In this document: positions 42,047-51,521 of the stretch, piece after piece | How positions within the stretch are numbered: the first letter of the stretch is position 1 | How the letters are laid out: each line of letters opens with the position of its first letter | DNA from: Thermoproteota archaeon | GTDB lineage: Archaea; Asgardarchaeota; Njordarchaeia; Njordarchaeales; Panguiarchaeaceae | NCBI GenBank assembly: GCA_024720975.1 | Contig: JANJXX010000002.1 | Coordinates: 128,001 to 192,000, forward strand | Direction of reading: 5' to 3' | Length of the DNA stretch: 64,000 nt | Position numbers and translations under genes: made by a program | The notes under the pieces: model-generated | The model's database searches: none | The model's input: the letters and a program-made list of their open reading frames with translations, nothing else | What the model was told of the DNA's origin: nothing

Positions 42047-42206
42047 GCGCGATCACAGTGGGGAATCTCTGAAGTACACTTTGGGTCCTACTTACTTAAG
42101 CTACCATTAAGTATCTTAAAACATCGTACTACTATAATATCTATGGTTCGTTTGGCTAATTCTCGAAAAACTCCAATGTGCTTATAAATAACAAGGAAGA
42201 ACTAAA

Positions 42207-44147
42207 ATGACAGAGGAAGGCGCACTTACAGCGAAGGAAATAATAGGATATAGTGAAAGACTCCTGAATGCAGTTAAGTCGGAGTTGCCACCTCAGGCGC
42301 AGGTTTCAGATGTCAGGTTTGAGGGTCCATTCATCGTCGTGTACTGCAAGAATCCGGAGATATTAATATACTACGACGAGTTGGTAAAAAACATAGCTAG
42401 GAAGTATAAACTGCGCGTCATCATACGGACGGATGAGAGTGTAAGGAAACCTGAGATAGAAGCCGAGGAGGTAATATACAAAATCATACCCTCAGATGCG
42501 GGAATAAGTCTAAAGCCATTCTTTAATCCTCTAACGGGGCAAGTATTTATCAAAGCAAAAAAACCGGGTTTAGCGATTGGTAAAGATGGATCTTTAAGGA
42601 AGCGTATTCTATTGGAGACTGGTTGGGAACCTGTAATAAAAAGACTTCCTCCAGTGAATTCGAGTATAGTCGATTATGTGCAAGAATTTGATAGAATATA
42701 CTACTCGTACATATCGAAGTTCCTTCAGAAAGTCGGCGAGAGGATATACAGAACTTACGTTCTTAAGAAAAACAAAGTTAGAGTCACAGTGCTTGGATCG
42801 GGTCTTGAGGTAGGTGGAAATGCGTTCTTGATTGAAACAAAGGAGAGCAAAGTATTAATTGATGCGGGTATGAGACTTTCAAGTGAGGAATTTTTCCCTT
42901 ACTTTGATTTCCTCGACAGTACCTTAATTGATGATCTCGATGCAGTAGTTGTGACGCACGCTCACCTGGATCATGTTGGTTTAGTTCCCTACCTTTATAA
43001 GTATGGCTATCGTGGTCCTGTTTATTGTACGGAACCAACGCGATATTTATCTGTACTGATTTTGAGGGATTATGTTAAAACAGCAGTTAGTCAGGGCCTC
43101 CTTACACCGTACAGTATGTCAGATATAGATGAGTTCATAAAACATTGCATTACTTTGGATTACGACAAGGTCTATGATATTGCACCTGATATGCGGTTAA
43201 CGCTGTATAACGCTGGTCACATATTAGGAAGTGCTTTAGTTCATCTACACATAGCAGAGGGAATTCATAACATAGTTTTTGCTTCAGACTTTAGATTCTC
43301 CAACACAAGGTTACTAGACGCGGCTACTAATGTATTTCCAAGAGTCGAAACTATTTTTATGGAGGCTACATATGGTGGAGAGAAGGACATACATCCTCCC
43401 AGGCACGTGGCCGAGAATCAACTAGTAGGCTTAATTAAACACGCCATAAGGAATAGGAGTAAGATATTAATCCCTAGTTTTGCTGTGGGTCGAGCACAGG
43501 AGCTCATGATTACTCTATGGCATATCTTCGTCGAACTTAAGCTCGTAGAGCCAATAGATGTCTACATCGCTGGTATGATAAGTGAAGCAACCAATGTACA
43601 CTTGGCGTGTCCATCATTTCTTTCTCGCAGAATTCAACATATGATCTTGTCTAAGGATTCTAATCCATTTTTAGCAGAGTTCTTTATTCCTGTCGACTCT
43701 CCTGAAAGCATACCTGAAATTGCAAACCGACCACAACCCGCGATAATAATATCAACAAATGGAATGATTCAGGGTGGCCCTATTCTCGATTTCCTTAGAT
43801 ACATGTCAGAGGATCCTAACAACATGCTAGTCTTTGTGAGTTACCAGGCTCCAGGGACACTCGGTAGACAGATTCAAAGAGGAGCCCAGATAGTCCGCCT
43901 CGTTTCCGCTGAAGGTACAAGGGAGTTGCATATAAAAATGGCGGTGCATAGCATAAAGGGATTTTCTGGTCACAGTGACCATTCTGAGCTAATTAAGTTT
44001 GTGAGTGAGATGCAGCCTAATAAGCCCAAGCGAGTAGTCCTAATTCATGGCGATCCTCCTAAAATATACGAATTAGCTAAAAAGCTCTCTACACTTAAGT
44101 TTGAGGTACTCACCCCTGGAAATGGTGATGCAATCTCTTTAGTTTGA
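42207..44147 (+). CDS. fttA: aCPSF1/FttA beta-CASP ribonuclease, transcription termination factor
   Basis: N-terminal KH domains, THAHLDH, NAGHILGS, EATYG, GFSGHSD. Confidence 0.96.
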   Translation: MTEEGALTAKEIIGYSERLLNAVKSELPPQAQVSDVRFEGPFIVVYCKNPEILIYYDELVKNIARKYKLRVIIRTDESVRKPEIEAEEVIYKIIPSDAGISLKPFFNPLTGQVFIKAKKPGLAIGKDGSLRKRILLETGWEPVIKRLPPVNSSIVDYVQEFDRIYYSYISKFLQKVGERIYRTYVLKKNKVRVTVLGSGLEVGGNAFLIETKESKVLIDAGMRLSSEEFFPYFDFLDSTLIDDLDAVVVTHAHLDHVGLVPYLYKYGYRGPVYCTEPTRYLSVLILRDYVKTAVSQGLLTPYSMSDIDEFIKHCITLDYDKVYDIAPDMRLTLYNAGHILGSALVHLHIAEGIHNIVFASDFRFSNTRLLDAATNVFPRVETIFMEATYGGEKDIHPPRHVAENQLVGLIKHAIRNRSKILIPSFAVGRAQELMITLWHIFVELKLVEPIDVYIAGMISEATNVHLACPSFLSRRIQHMILSKDSNPFLAEFFIPVDSPESIPEIANRPQPAIIISTNGMIQGGPILDFLRYMSEDPNNMLVFVSYQAPGTLGRQIQRGAQIVRLVSAEGTRELHIKMAVHSIKGFSGHSDHSELIKFVSEMQPNKPKRVVLIHGDPPKIYELAKKLSTLKFEVLTPGNGDAISLV

Positions 44148-44153
44148 ATTATG

Positions 44154-45458
44154 CTAAAAGTAGACGGGCGACTCTTGATAAACTATTTCCCCGGTAATGT
44201 TTTTTCCCATGAGGTCCTTTACTTCAGCCTCTGGAATGTCTTGAGCCAATAGCCATCCAAGCTTTATATACGCCACGTGAGGTAGCATGTTTCTACCGGA
44301 TACAACACCCAAAGTTTTTAATTTTCGTCCGGTTTCATAAACATCTAGATATACTCCTCCTAATAAGCATTGTGTCGTCATAACGACTATGATACCATTT
44401 TCAATAGCACGTTGAATTGATTCAAACATATATTCTGGCACGTGTCCGAGACCTGTTCCAACAAGCACTAAACCTCGATAATTCCTGTCAGTAAATGAAT
44501 CTATAATATCTTGTGGCATCCCGGGATATATAAAAATAATAGCAGTCTTAGGTTCGAAAACTGCCTTTAATTCAGATTCAATCTCTGTCGTCTTTTTATG
44601 GTGAGGGTAAAGTATGTCAACTTTTTGCTCCCTAATATCAACTCTCGCGATGGGTGGTATACCAATACTCCTAAAAGCGTCTCTGCGTGTGCTATGAAGC
44701 TTTATGCATCTAACACCCCTATGGGCGAAGAAGCATGTGTCGTCTGGAGTTCCGTGCATTAAAATAACTGGCTCACCTACATCAGATTTAGTTGCGAATA
44801 TAGAACTAGCTATTAGATTGGTCGGGGCATCGGATGCCGGTCTATCAGAACTTCGCATAGCCCCAGTAAGCACAACTGGGCCCTTTAGGTTTCTCAGCAT
44901 GAATGCCAACGCGGCTGCTGAGTAATGTAGTGTATCAGTTCCATGGGTTATTATTACGGATTTTGCACCAGAAAGAAGCTCTCTGTATGTTGTCTTTGCA
45001 ATTTCTATCCAGTGCTTGGGGGTCATATTCTCGCTAAATATGTTGAAAAGCATTGTAAGTCTTGGCTTGATTATACTGAAAAGTTCAGGTATGGCGTTTG
45101 AAAGCTCTTCGGCCGAGAATGCTGGCGCTACAGCGCCTGTGGTATATTCTATTCTGGATGCAATTGTTCCCCCGCAGTGGATTATAGAGACTTCTGGCAA
45201 GTCTTCTCGTGCGGTAACTAGCATTTTGGGAAGTGTGTATTTGGGAGTAATCGTTGCAATTTTCTTGATAGATTTTATTCTATCAACTTTCACTGCCAGA
45301 TTGTAACCATTAGGAAGTTTTAGATAAATAACGTCCTCTCTTACCGGACCTGGTAATATAATAGCCTCAAACGCGGTAGTTCCTATAGATACGACTACCT
45401 TATCCCAGATGCTAACCCCTTCTCTCTCAAGGAGTTCCTTGGCTTTTCCCGCATACAT
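44154..45458 (-). CDS. gatD: Glutamyl-tRNA(Gln) amidotransferase subunit D
   Basis: KLPNGYN, GGTIASR, HGTDT, RSSDRPASD, GTGLGH. Confidence 0.95.
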   Translation of the reverse strand: MYAGKAKELLEREGVSIWDKVVVSIGTTAFEAIILPGPVREDVIYLKLPNGYNLAVKVDRIKSIKKIATITPKYTLPKMLVTAREDLPEVSIIHCGGTIASRIEYTTGAVAPAFSAEELSNAIPELFSIIKPRLTMLFNIFSENMTPKHWIEIAKTTYRELLSGAKSVIITHGTDTLHYSAAALAFMLRNLKGPVVLTGAMRSSDRPASDAPTNLIASSIFATKSDVGEPVILMHGTPDDTCFFAHRGVRCIKLHSTRRDAFRSIGIPPIARVDIREQKVDILYPHHKKTTEIESELKAVFEPKTAIIFIYPGMPQDIIDSFTDRNYRGLVLVGTGLGHVPEYMFESIQRAIENGIIVVMTTQCLLGGVYLDVYETGRKLKTLGVVSGRNMLPHVAYIKLGWLLAQDIPEAEVKDLMGKNITGEIVYQESPVYF

Positions 45459-45612
45459 ATCGAGGGCTCCTCGCAAATTCATAAACTGCATTTTAAAATA
45501 AGTTAAGCGATAAAATTACAATACTACTATTATCTAGTCATTTCAATGAATGCCTATTTAGGCTTTTTTTGGCTCTTTTAAGTGAAAGACAAACAACTAT
45601 GGGGGACAATTC

Positions 45613-47061
45613 TTGAGCACAAAATCAATTGAGAGAAAAAGTGTTCCGCTCTTTATGATATTATTAGTGCTGTCTCTGGCATATTTCGTCTCAACAGCTT
45701 TTCTGTTTCATGTAAGTAATGTGAAAGACGCTGAATACTACTCTGCAGAATGGTTCCTAGAAAACTCTCATGCGATAATACCCACGTTTCCACTCCTTAA
45801 CATTACTCCACCTAATTACACGCTCCAATTTTCATTCGAGGTTGTTGGTGACGCCAGAACTTACGGCTGGAGATTTATTATCCTCAGTGAATATGCCACA
45901 GGGAAGGGGTGGGTTGTAGGTAATCTTAGCCAGGAGCCTTATCTAATGAATACCACGGAGCATTTCTTTCTGGTGAGGTTACTCCCGCTTCCTATAGAAG
46001 TGCTTCGAAGCTTTCCTCTAGTAACGCTATGGGATGTTATGCACCAACGTCCAATTATATCATCATTTTCACCATACATTTCAACAGTTAGCCACTTTGA
46101 ATGTTACCTAGGGATATTGAAGCCAGATGATATCGTAACCGTGGACGTCTCAAGCCCAGAAGAGGGTCTAATAGGCTTCCGGTATTTAGCACACTTCACT
46201 CCTACGAACTTTCATGATATGCCTAGTTCTTTTTCCAAAGTTAATGAAACAAAGACCGAGGCGCAAAGAAATAGTGCTATTCGTGATTATTTAAAAATTC
46301 CCTCAGACTACTTTTCAATGTATCCTAAAGTACTAGAGTTAGTTGAAAATGTATCACTGCCGCCCGAAAGATCTGTTTATGATCAGCTAACAAGTACTTT
46401 AGCTTACATTTTTGCAAACTTTGAGTTAAGGGAGAGTATTAACGTGGTGCGTGATCCTGTAGCAGATTTTATTGAAAATGGTGGAGGGCCACCCACTGGA
46501 TTTGTTAATGTCACAGCATTTATACTCAGAGCACTTGGCATACCGACTCGTATAGTAATTGGTTTTATTGGTGGGGGCTATTCTAAATCCACAAATACTA
46601 CGACATACTCACTAGAGAATTTGGCAGCATGGATAGAAATATGGGATAAGAACATTGGCTGGATCCCAATTTGGGTTTATCCACTTATGTTCAAGGTGTC
46701 TAATATTCTGGCTCCCATAACAGCCCAGGTACAGGCACCCAGAACCATAGAGAACTATCCAGCGGCACGTATCAATGAGTCTATAACAATTAATGTAAGT
46801 CTGGAGGGGAATTTCAGTACTTTTGAGAATACACAGGCTGAAATATATGATCTAAACGCGTCTTTAAGGATCGGTAGCGTAGTCATTCGAAAAATTGGCG
46901 AAGGTAAGTATGGGTTCTCGTTTGATTTCAGTTACGATGCAGTTTACAGTGGCTCTGGGATGAATGTTGTTTACGGCAGACATGTTATCGTTGTGAGAAT
47001 GCATTCAGTGTATCTATTCCTAGAACTTGTTTTGCTCAGAATGACTACCATCAGCTCGTGA
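45613..47061 (+). CDS. Membrane-anchored transglutaminase-like protein with the catalytic triad apparently lost
   Basis: N-terminal TM; FILRALGIPTRIVIGF and AWIEIW...GW core. Confidence 0.8.
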   Translation: MSTKSIERKSVPLFMILLVLSLAYFVSTAFLFHVSNVKDAEYYSAEWFLENSHAIIPTFPLLNITPPNYTLQFSFEVVGDARTYGWRFIILSEYATGKGWVVGNLSQEPYLMNTTEHFFLVRLLPLPIEVLRSFPLVTLWDVMHQRPIISSFSPYISTVSHFECYLGILKPDDIVTVDVSSPEEGLIGFRYLAHFTPTNFHDMPSSFSKVNETKTEAQRNSAIRDYLKIPSDYFSMYPKVLELVENVSLPPERSVYDQLTSTLAYIFANFELRESINVVRDPVADFIENGGGPPTGFVNVTAFILRALGIPTRIVIGFIGGGYSKSTNTTTYSLENLAAWIEIWDKNIGWIPIWVYPLMFKVSNILAPITAQVQAPRTIENYPAARINESITINVSLEGNFSTFENTQAEIYDLNASLRIGSVVIRKIGEGKYGFSFDFSYDAVYSGSGMNVVYGRHVIVVRMHSVYLFLELVLLRMTTISS

Positions 47062-48690
47062 GCGTCTTTTCAATGCTGCCTGGATGAGTCCAACGAACAA
47101 AGGATGCGGTTTCAAAGGTCTCGAGCTATACTCTGGATGGTATTGAACACCTATGTAAAACTGATGATCCTTAAGCTCAAAAGCGGCGATATTGCCCTCG
47201 GCATCAATTGCACTTACAATGTAGCCATGATTGGCAAATATTTTAACGAAATCCCAGACTATATGATAACGGTGTCGAAACCTTTCCCTAGTCTTGTTTG
47301 ACCCATACAATTCATAAAGCTTGGTATTTTCGATTATTTTAATTTCGATTCCCCCAAGACGCATTGTACCTCCTAAGTTAGTCACTGATCTTTGCTCTGG
47401 AAGTATATCTACTACGGGATATGGGGTTTCTGGGTCTATCTCAGTGGAATTTGCTCTTTCTAAGCCAACAATATACCGCGCAAAGGCTGCTGTAGCAAGT
47501 TGCGCACCAAAACAGATCCCTAGAAATGGTGTGCCAGTTCTTAGTGCATAATATGCGGCCCTGATCATCCCCTCGGAGCCTCTTTTCCCGAAACCAGGCG
47601 TGAGAATTATAGCGTCATAGGCTTGGAGATGTTGAATTCCCTCTCTTTCGATAGCTTCTGAATCGATAATAGCTATTTCAGGTCTCACTTGATAGTAGGC
47701 ACTAGCATGTCTTAGTGCCTCTAGTATTGATATATATGTATCCTTAGTTAGTGTATACTTACCAACAAGTGCTATGTTAACCACTTCTCTCGGGCTTTTA
47801 AGTGCGTGTATGAAGGATGACCACTTATTTATAAGCTCTGTATCCAATGATCGCTTGTCTAGGCCAAGGATATTAAATATGTATTCGTGAATTTTCTGTT
47901 GCATCAGCGTGAATATTAACTCATAGATAATAGCAACATTAGGTGCTACGAAAACGCCATTAATGGGAACATTAGAATATAGCGAAAGCTTTCGTTTGGC
48001 TTCTAATGGTAAATTGTTTTCATCTACGCGTGCTACTATAGCATCGCACGTGAGCCCGGACTCTAGAAGTAGCCGAAAACTATGCTGGGCGGGCTTAGTT
48101 TTGAATTCGCCAGTATTTTTTAGAAAAGGAACCCAAACAATATGAACAATCATGACAGCTTTGGGAGGTAACTCATACTTAAGTTGTCGGATTGCTTCCA
48201 AGAAGACGCTTGCTTCATAATCGCCAACAGTACCTCCTATTTCTACGATCGTTACTTCATGTTTACTAGCTATCTCTAATATTCTTCTCTTTATTTCTTC
48301 AGTAACGTGTGGAATCAGCTGAACAGTCCTTCCGAGATATTTCCCAGAGCGCTCTCTTAAGATAACTGAAAGATATACCTGTCCGCTTGTGATATTATGG
48401 GATGGGTGCAAATTTTGATGCAAAAATCGTTCATAAGTCCCAAAATCTTGGTCAACCTCGCAGATTCTATATGATAAATCACGAGCAGGTCTGAAATCCC
48501 AAATTTGATCAAGTACGTAGACCTCTCCATGTTCGTGTGGGTTCATTAGACCAGCGTCGAGGTTAATGTAGGGATCTACTTTTGCGATTGTTGTGTTGAA
48601 ACCGCAGATTTTAAGTATCGTTGCTATGCTTGCTGCTATAGTTCCTTTGCCGATACCAGATAGTGAACCCGTTATGAATATCAGCTTCAA
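47020..48690 (-). CDS. pyrG: CTP synthase
   Basis: SGIGKG, DPYINLDAG, EIGGTVGD, KTKPAQHS, GICFG, RHRY, QYHPE; TTG 48690. Confidence 0.97.
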   Translation of the reverse strand: MKLIFITGSLSGIGKGTIAASIATILKICGFNTTIAKVDPYINLDAGLMNPHEHGEVYVLDQIWDFRPARDLSYRICEVDQDFGTYERFLHQNLHPSHNITSGQVYLSVILRERSGKYLGRTVQLIPHVTEEIKRRILEIASKHEVTIVEIGGTVGDYEASVFLEAIRQLKYELPPKAVMIVHIVWVPFLKNTGEFKTKPAQHSFRLLLESGLTCDAIVARVDENNLPLEAKRKLSLYSNVPINGVFVAPNVAIIYELIFTLMQQKIHEYIFNILGLDKRSLDTELINKWSSFIHALKSPREVVNIALVGKYTLTKDTYISILEALRHASAYYQVRPEIAIIDSEAIEREGIQHLQAYDAIILTPGFGKRGSEGMIRAAYYALRTGTPFLGICFGAQLATAAFARYIVGLERANSTEIDPETPYPVVDILPEQRSVTNLGGTMRLGGIEIKIIENTKLYELYGSNKTRERFRHRYHIVWDFVKIFANHGYIVSAIDAEGNIAAFELKDHQFYIGVQYHPEYSSRPLKPHPLFVGLIQAALKRRSRADGSHSEQNKF

Positions 48691-48819
48691 AAGTAACCAC
48701 CAAACAGGCATTCGTAGCATAACGTACAATGATACGAAAGTAGATTGATGTAGATGCTTAAAGGTATCACTATTATCCGTATGTTAGTCGTGTCCATTTT
48801 ACTGTTGGAGTTAAACAAT

Positions 48820-49030
48820 GGGGCCCCCAGCGCAGACTCTCCCCTTCAACCAGTCTCTCCCAGAGCGCCGCTGGCTCGCTTAGCGCAGCTCCCTTCCGGG
48901 CCGAAGCGCGTTCGCGCGCCCTAGAGAGAGCGATGACAAACCTCCCATCCTTCGACGGGAGGCTTGCCATAACCCGCGGCCCCTGGGAACTGATCTTCAT
49001 CGGGTCGAGTGCTGCAGTGGGGGTCTCCCC
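48820..49030 (-). ncRNA. ffs: SRP (7S) RNA, core S-domain plus helix 5; may extend to ~48810-49071
   Basis: GC-rich island; helix 8 GGCCCGGAAGGGAGC; helix 6 GGCAAGCCUCCCGUC-GAAG-GAUGGGAGGUUUGUC; complementary ends. Confidence 0.88.
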
Positions 49031-49310
49031 TCTCGCACCATCTCTTTTGGATCTAGTGGCTTGTTTGTAACATGATTATGATGTCCAAATCTACCAGATA
49101 TTTTTAATCTGAGTATTATTAATCATCCCTTAAGCGTTATATATCTCCGATGCTTTTTAAGCTTCCAACTTAATTTTGGCAACTGAAACTATTAGGATCA
49201 TACGCATAGATAATATCGTGTGTTTTTATAAGGGAACAATAAGTTGATGCGATTTATTCTGCAGATTATAGAAAAACTCTACCAGTACAAACTTTAGCAG
49301 AAGACGACAG

Positions 49311-49832
49311 GTGGCTTCTATGCTAAAGTTTGATCACCATAAAAGTATGGCCAAGATCAATGTCTTGTTTCAGCCCATTATTGAGGATATAGATAAGATT
49401 GAGAAGTGTTCCAAAGACTTCTTGGTGGAGTTAGATTTGGGAAATTTTAAGGAAGATGTAATAACTCAACTTACGGAGAACATTTTTGAGTTGGAAGATA
49501 TGTATGACGAACTGATGGATGCTCTAAGCACCATACTGCAGGATATACCATTGGAATCGAGGACTGCAAAAGAGGCTCTTAGTGCTCTTGAAAAGGTTAA
49601 GGACATATTCGAAGATGTCAGGTTGAGAATTGATAACTTAAAGGGTTTTATTAAGCCAGACATAACGCATAATAATACTCTATTGCAAGAGGTAATAAAA
49701 GATGTAAACAAGTCTATAATCGAGCTCAAGAGCGCGCTTACTAATGATGTATCGAAACATGTAAAGAGTATCATGAATGAGTACATGAAATTTGAAAGTT
49801 TTCTCTCATCTGATGCTGAAATTGAGAGGTGA
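49311..49832 (+). CDS. Hypothetical acidic helical-bundle/coiled-coil protein
   Basis: Heptad pattern throughout; coding-like composition. Confidence 0.7.
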   Translation: MASMLKFDHHKSMAKINVLFQPIIEDIDKIEKCSKDFLVELDLGNFKEDVITQLTENIFELEDMYDELMDALSTILQDIPLESRTAKEALSALEKVKDIFEDVRLRIDNLKGFIKPDITHNNTLLQEVIKDVNKSIIELKSALTNDVSKHVKSIMNEYMKFESFLSSDAEIER

Positions 49833-49909
49833 AAACTAAGTCTAGGGATTTTTAACCCTTTTTTCACTCATTATTTGAATTAATAGAGTATAGTAAATAG
49901 AGAAGGAGT

Positions 49910-49983
49910 GCGCCGGTAGTCTAGCGGTAGGATGCCGGCCTGCCAAGTCGGTGACGCGGGTTCGAGTCCCGCCCGGCGCACCA
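49910..49983 (+). tRNA. tRNA-Gly(GCC), CCA encoded
   Basis: GCGCCGG acceptor; CCGGC-CTGCCAA-GTCGG; T-arm. Confidence 0.96.
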
Positions 49984-50015
49984 CTGCTAAACAAATAACT
50001 TATCTTAACAGCTAG

Positions 50016-50088
50016 GGGCCGGTTGCCTAGAGGTTATGGCGTCCCGTTGACGACGGGGAGGTCGGCGGTTCGAATCCGCCCCGGCCCA
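50016..50088 (+). tRNA. tRNA-Val(GAC)
   Basis: GGGCCGG acceptor; TCCCG-TTGACGA-CGGGG; T-arm. Confidence 0.95.
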
Positions 50089-50098
50089 TTAAATGGAT

Positions 50099-50201
50099 GC
50101 GGGGGTTCCGGAGTTGGCTAAACGGGCGGGACATAGCGATTGCTACCCGACTCAAGATCCCGTGGCGTATGCCTACGCGGGTTCGAATCCCGCCCCCCGC
50201 A
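50099..50201 (+). tRNA. tRNA-Leu(CAA) with a 19-nt non-canonical intron at 32/33 (50133-50151)
   Basis: Removing the intron gives CGGGA-CTCAAGA-TCCCG; central helix CGGG/CCCG with ACA and ACT bulges. Confidence 0.92.
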
Positions 50202-50222
50202 TTCATAACAACTCTTTCTGCC

Positions 50223-51014
50223 TTACTTATTCCGGGGTTGAATTACCATTTGTGCTACTAGTGAGAGAAAATCAATGCATTTTTCAATAGACTCAAGCAG
50301 AATAACTTCTACTCCATAAATGTCTTGTAAGATTTCGTGTATGTTCCTATACAAATCCTTGTTTATTCTGTTAGGTCTTGGTAAGAGGTAAGCTGGTAGT
50401 TCGCTTCTCAACACTAGGTATGTTAGGATGAAGCTTTTTTCAAGACTTTCCGACGAGAAATTTGTATCTACTATTTTAGGTTTTAGGTTAATTACTTTTC
50501 TGATAGCTTGAGATGGAGTGCTTTTTGTCATAGACATTTCTTCTAAAACTAATTCTGAAAATCTCAGAAGCTGATTGTTTATTTTCACTAAGTAGTGTAG
50601 CTTATACGGGAGCACTTCCTTTAAGTACGAATTGATTGTCAGTGGAGATATTGTGTCCCTAGTTTTCAAGTAGCTAAAGAAATATTTGCAGAAATTCAAA
50701 AAATTATCGATACATGGATAAATTATGCTAGCCCTCACTTCTAAATGCTCATATTTAACGTCCAGACTCCACAGGAAGGAAGTTCTATCAAATTCTAGCC
50801 AAACTTCGTAATCTTTGTGCTCGAAGTTAATAGCCTCGAAACTATTGTAATTTTGATTTTCATCGTGCTTAACAATATCCTCAAAAAGAAGGGAAGCAAG
50901 AAGTGGCACAGAGGGATTTATAATCTCCCTTTTTGTAAAACTTTCTGACTGGACATCTATTACTCCTATTAGTGCTAGGAGGGGGCAAATATAATCTGGA
51001 ACAGCCACCTTCAA
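50223..51014 (-). CDS. Hypothetical protein
   Basis: 263-aa ORF, GAGG SD, no recognised motif. Confidence 0.65.
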   Translation of the reverse strand: MKVAVPDYICPLLALIGVIDVQSESFTKREIINPSVPLLASLLFEDIVKHDENQNYNSFEAINFEHKDYEVWLEFDRTSFLWSLDVKYEHLEVRASIIYPCIDNFLNFCKYFFSYLKTRDTISPLTINSYLKEVLPYKLHYLVKINNQLLRFSELVLEEMSMTKSTPSQAIRKVINLKPKIVDTNFSSESLEKSFILTYLVLRSELPAYLLPRPNRINKDLYRNIHEILQDIYGVEVILLESIEKCIDFLSLVAQMVIQPRNK

Positions 51015-51101
51015 TGGCCCTCTTTGATGACCTCCTAAATATTTTGAATCTGCCTAGAAACTCTCTATCATTTTGGTTAAAATATTGCACTGGTGAGTTT
51101 T

Positions 51102-51521
51102 TTGCCAAGACGAAAAGGTAAGGAAGGATTAACTTGCAAAAACTGCGGTTCAAAATTTCGGTCTCAGAAAGAAGTGAAGATTATTAAAATCTGGCACACA
51201 TTTTCGCCGTTTCCAGATAAAGATGGTAATATTGCAATTAATGTTTTTGCCACTTGGGAATGTCCGATATGTGGAGCACGAGGCAGAGACAAGATCAGCT
51301 CGATAAAAGGCGGCTTTGAGTATAAGGGAAAGAATTACACAGAGATCCTTGCAAAGATCATATATGAGTTAAAAGAGACTACGGTAGAAGAACTTTCCAA
51401 AAGGCTTAATATGTCAGAGGAAACAATTTCTAAGGCGTTGAAATATCTGATAGCTGAGGGGCAGATTAGAGCTAAGTTAGATGGGAAAAAAGTTATAGCT
51501 TCCTCTGGACAGGAGGCTTGA
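51102..51521 (+). CDS. Cren7-like zinc-ribbon domain fused to a C-terminal wHTH
   Basis: CKNC...KIWHTFSPFPDKDG...WECPICG; TVEELSKRLNMSEETISKALKYLIAEG; TTG after GGTGA. Confidence 0.7.
   Translation: MPRRKGKEGLTCKNCGSKFRSQKEVKIIKIWHTFSPFPDKDGNIAINVFATWECPICGARGRDKISSIKGGFEYKGKNYTEILAKIIYELKETTVEELSKRLNMSEETISKALKYLIAEGQIRAKLDGKKVIASSGQEA

Noticed and set aside
48773-49000. 75-aa ORF on the minus strand
   Set aside because: Coincides with the GC-rich structured SRP RNA; spurious
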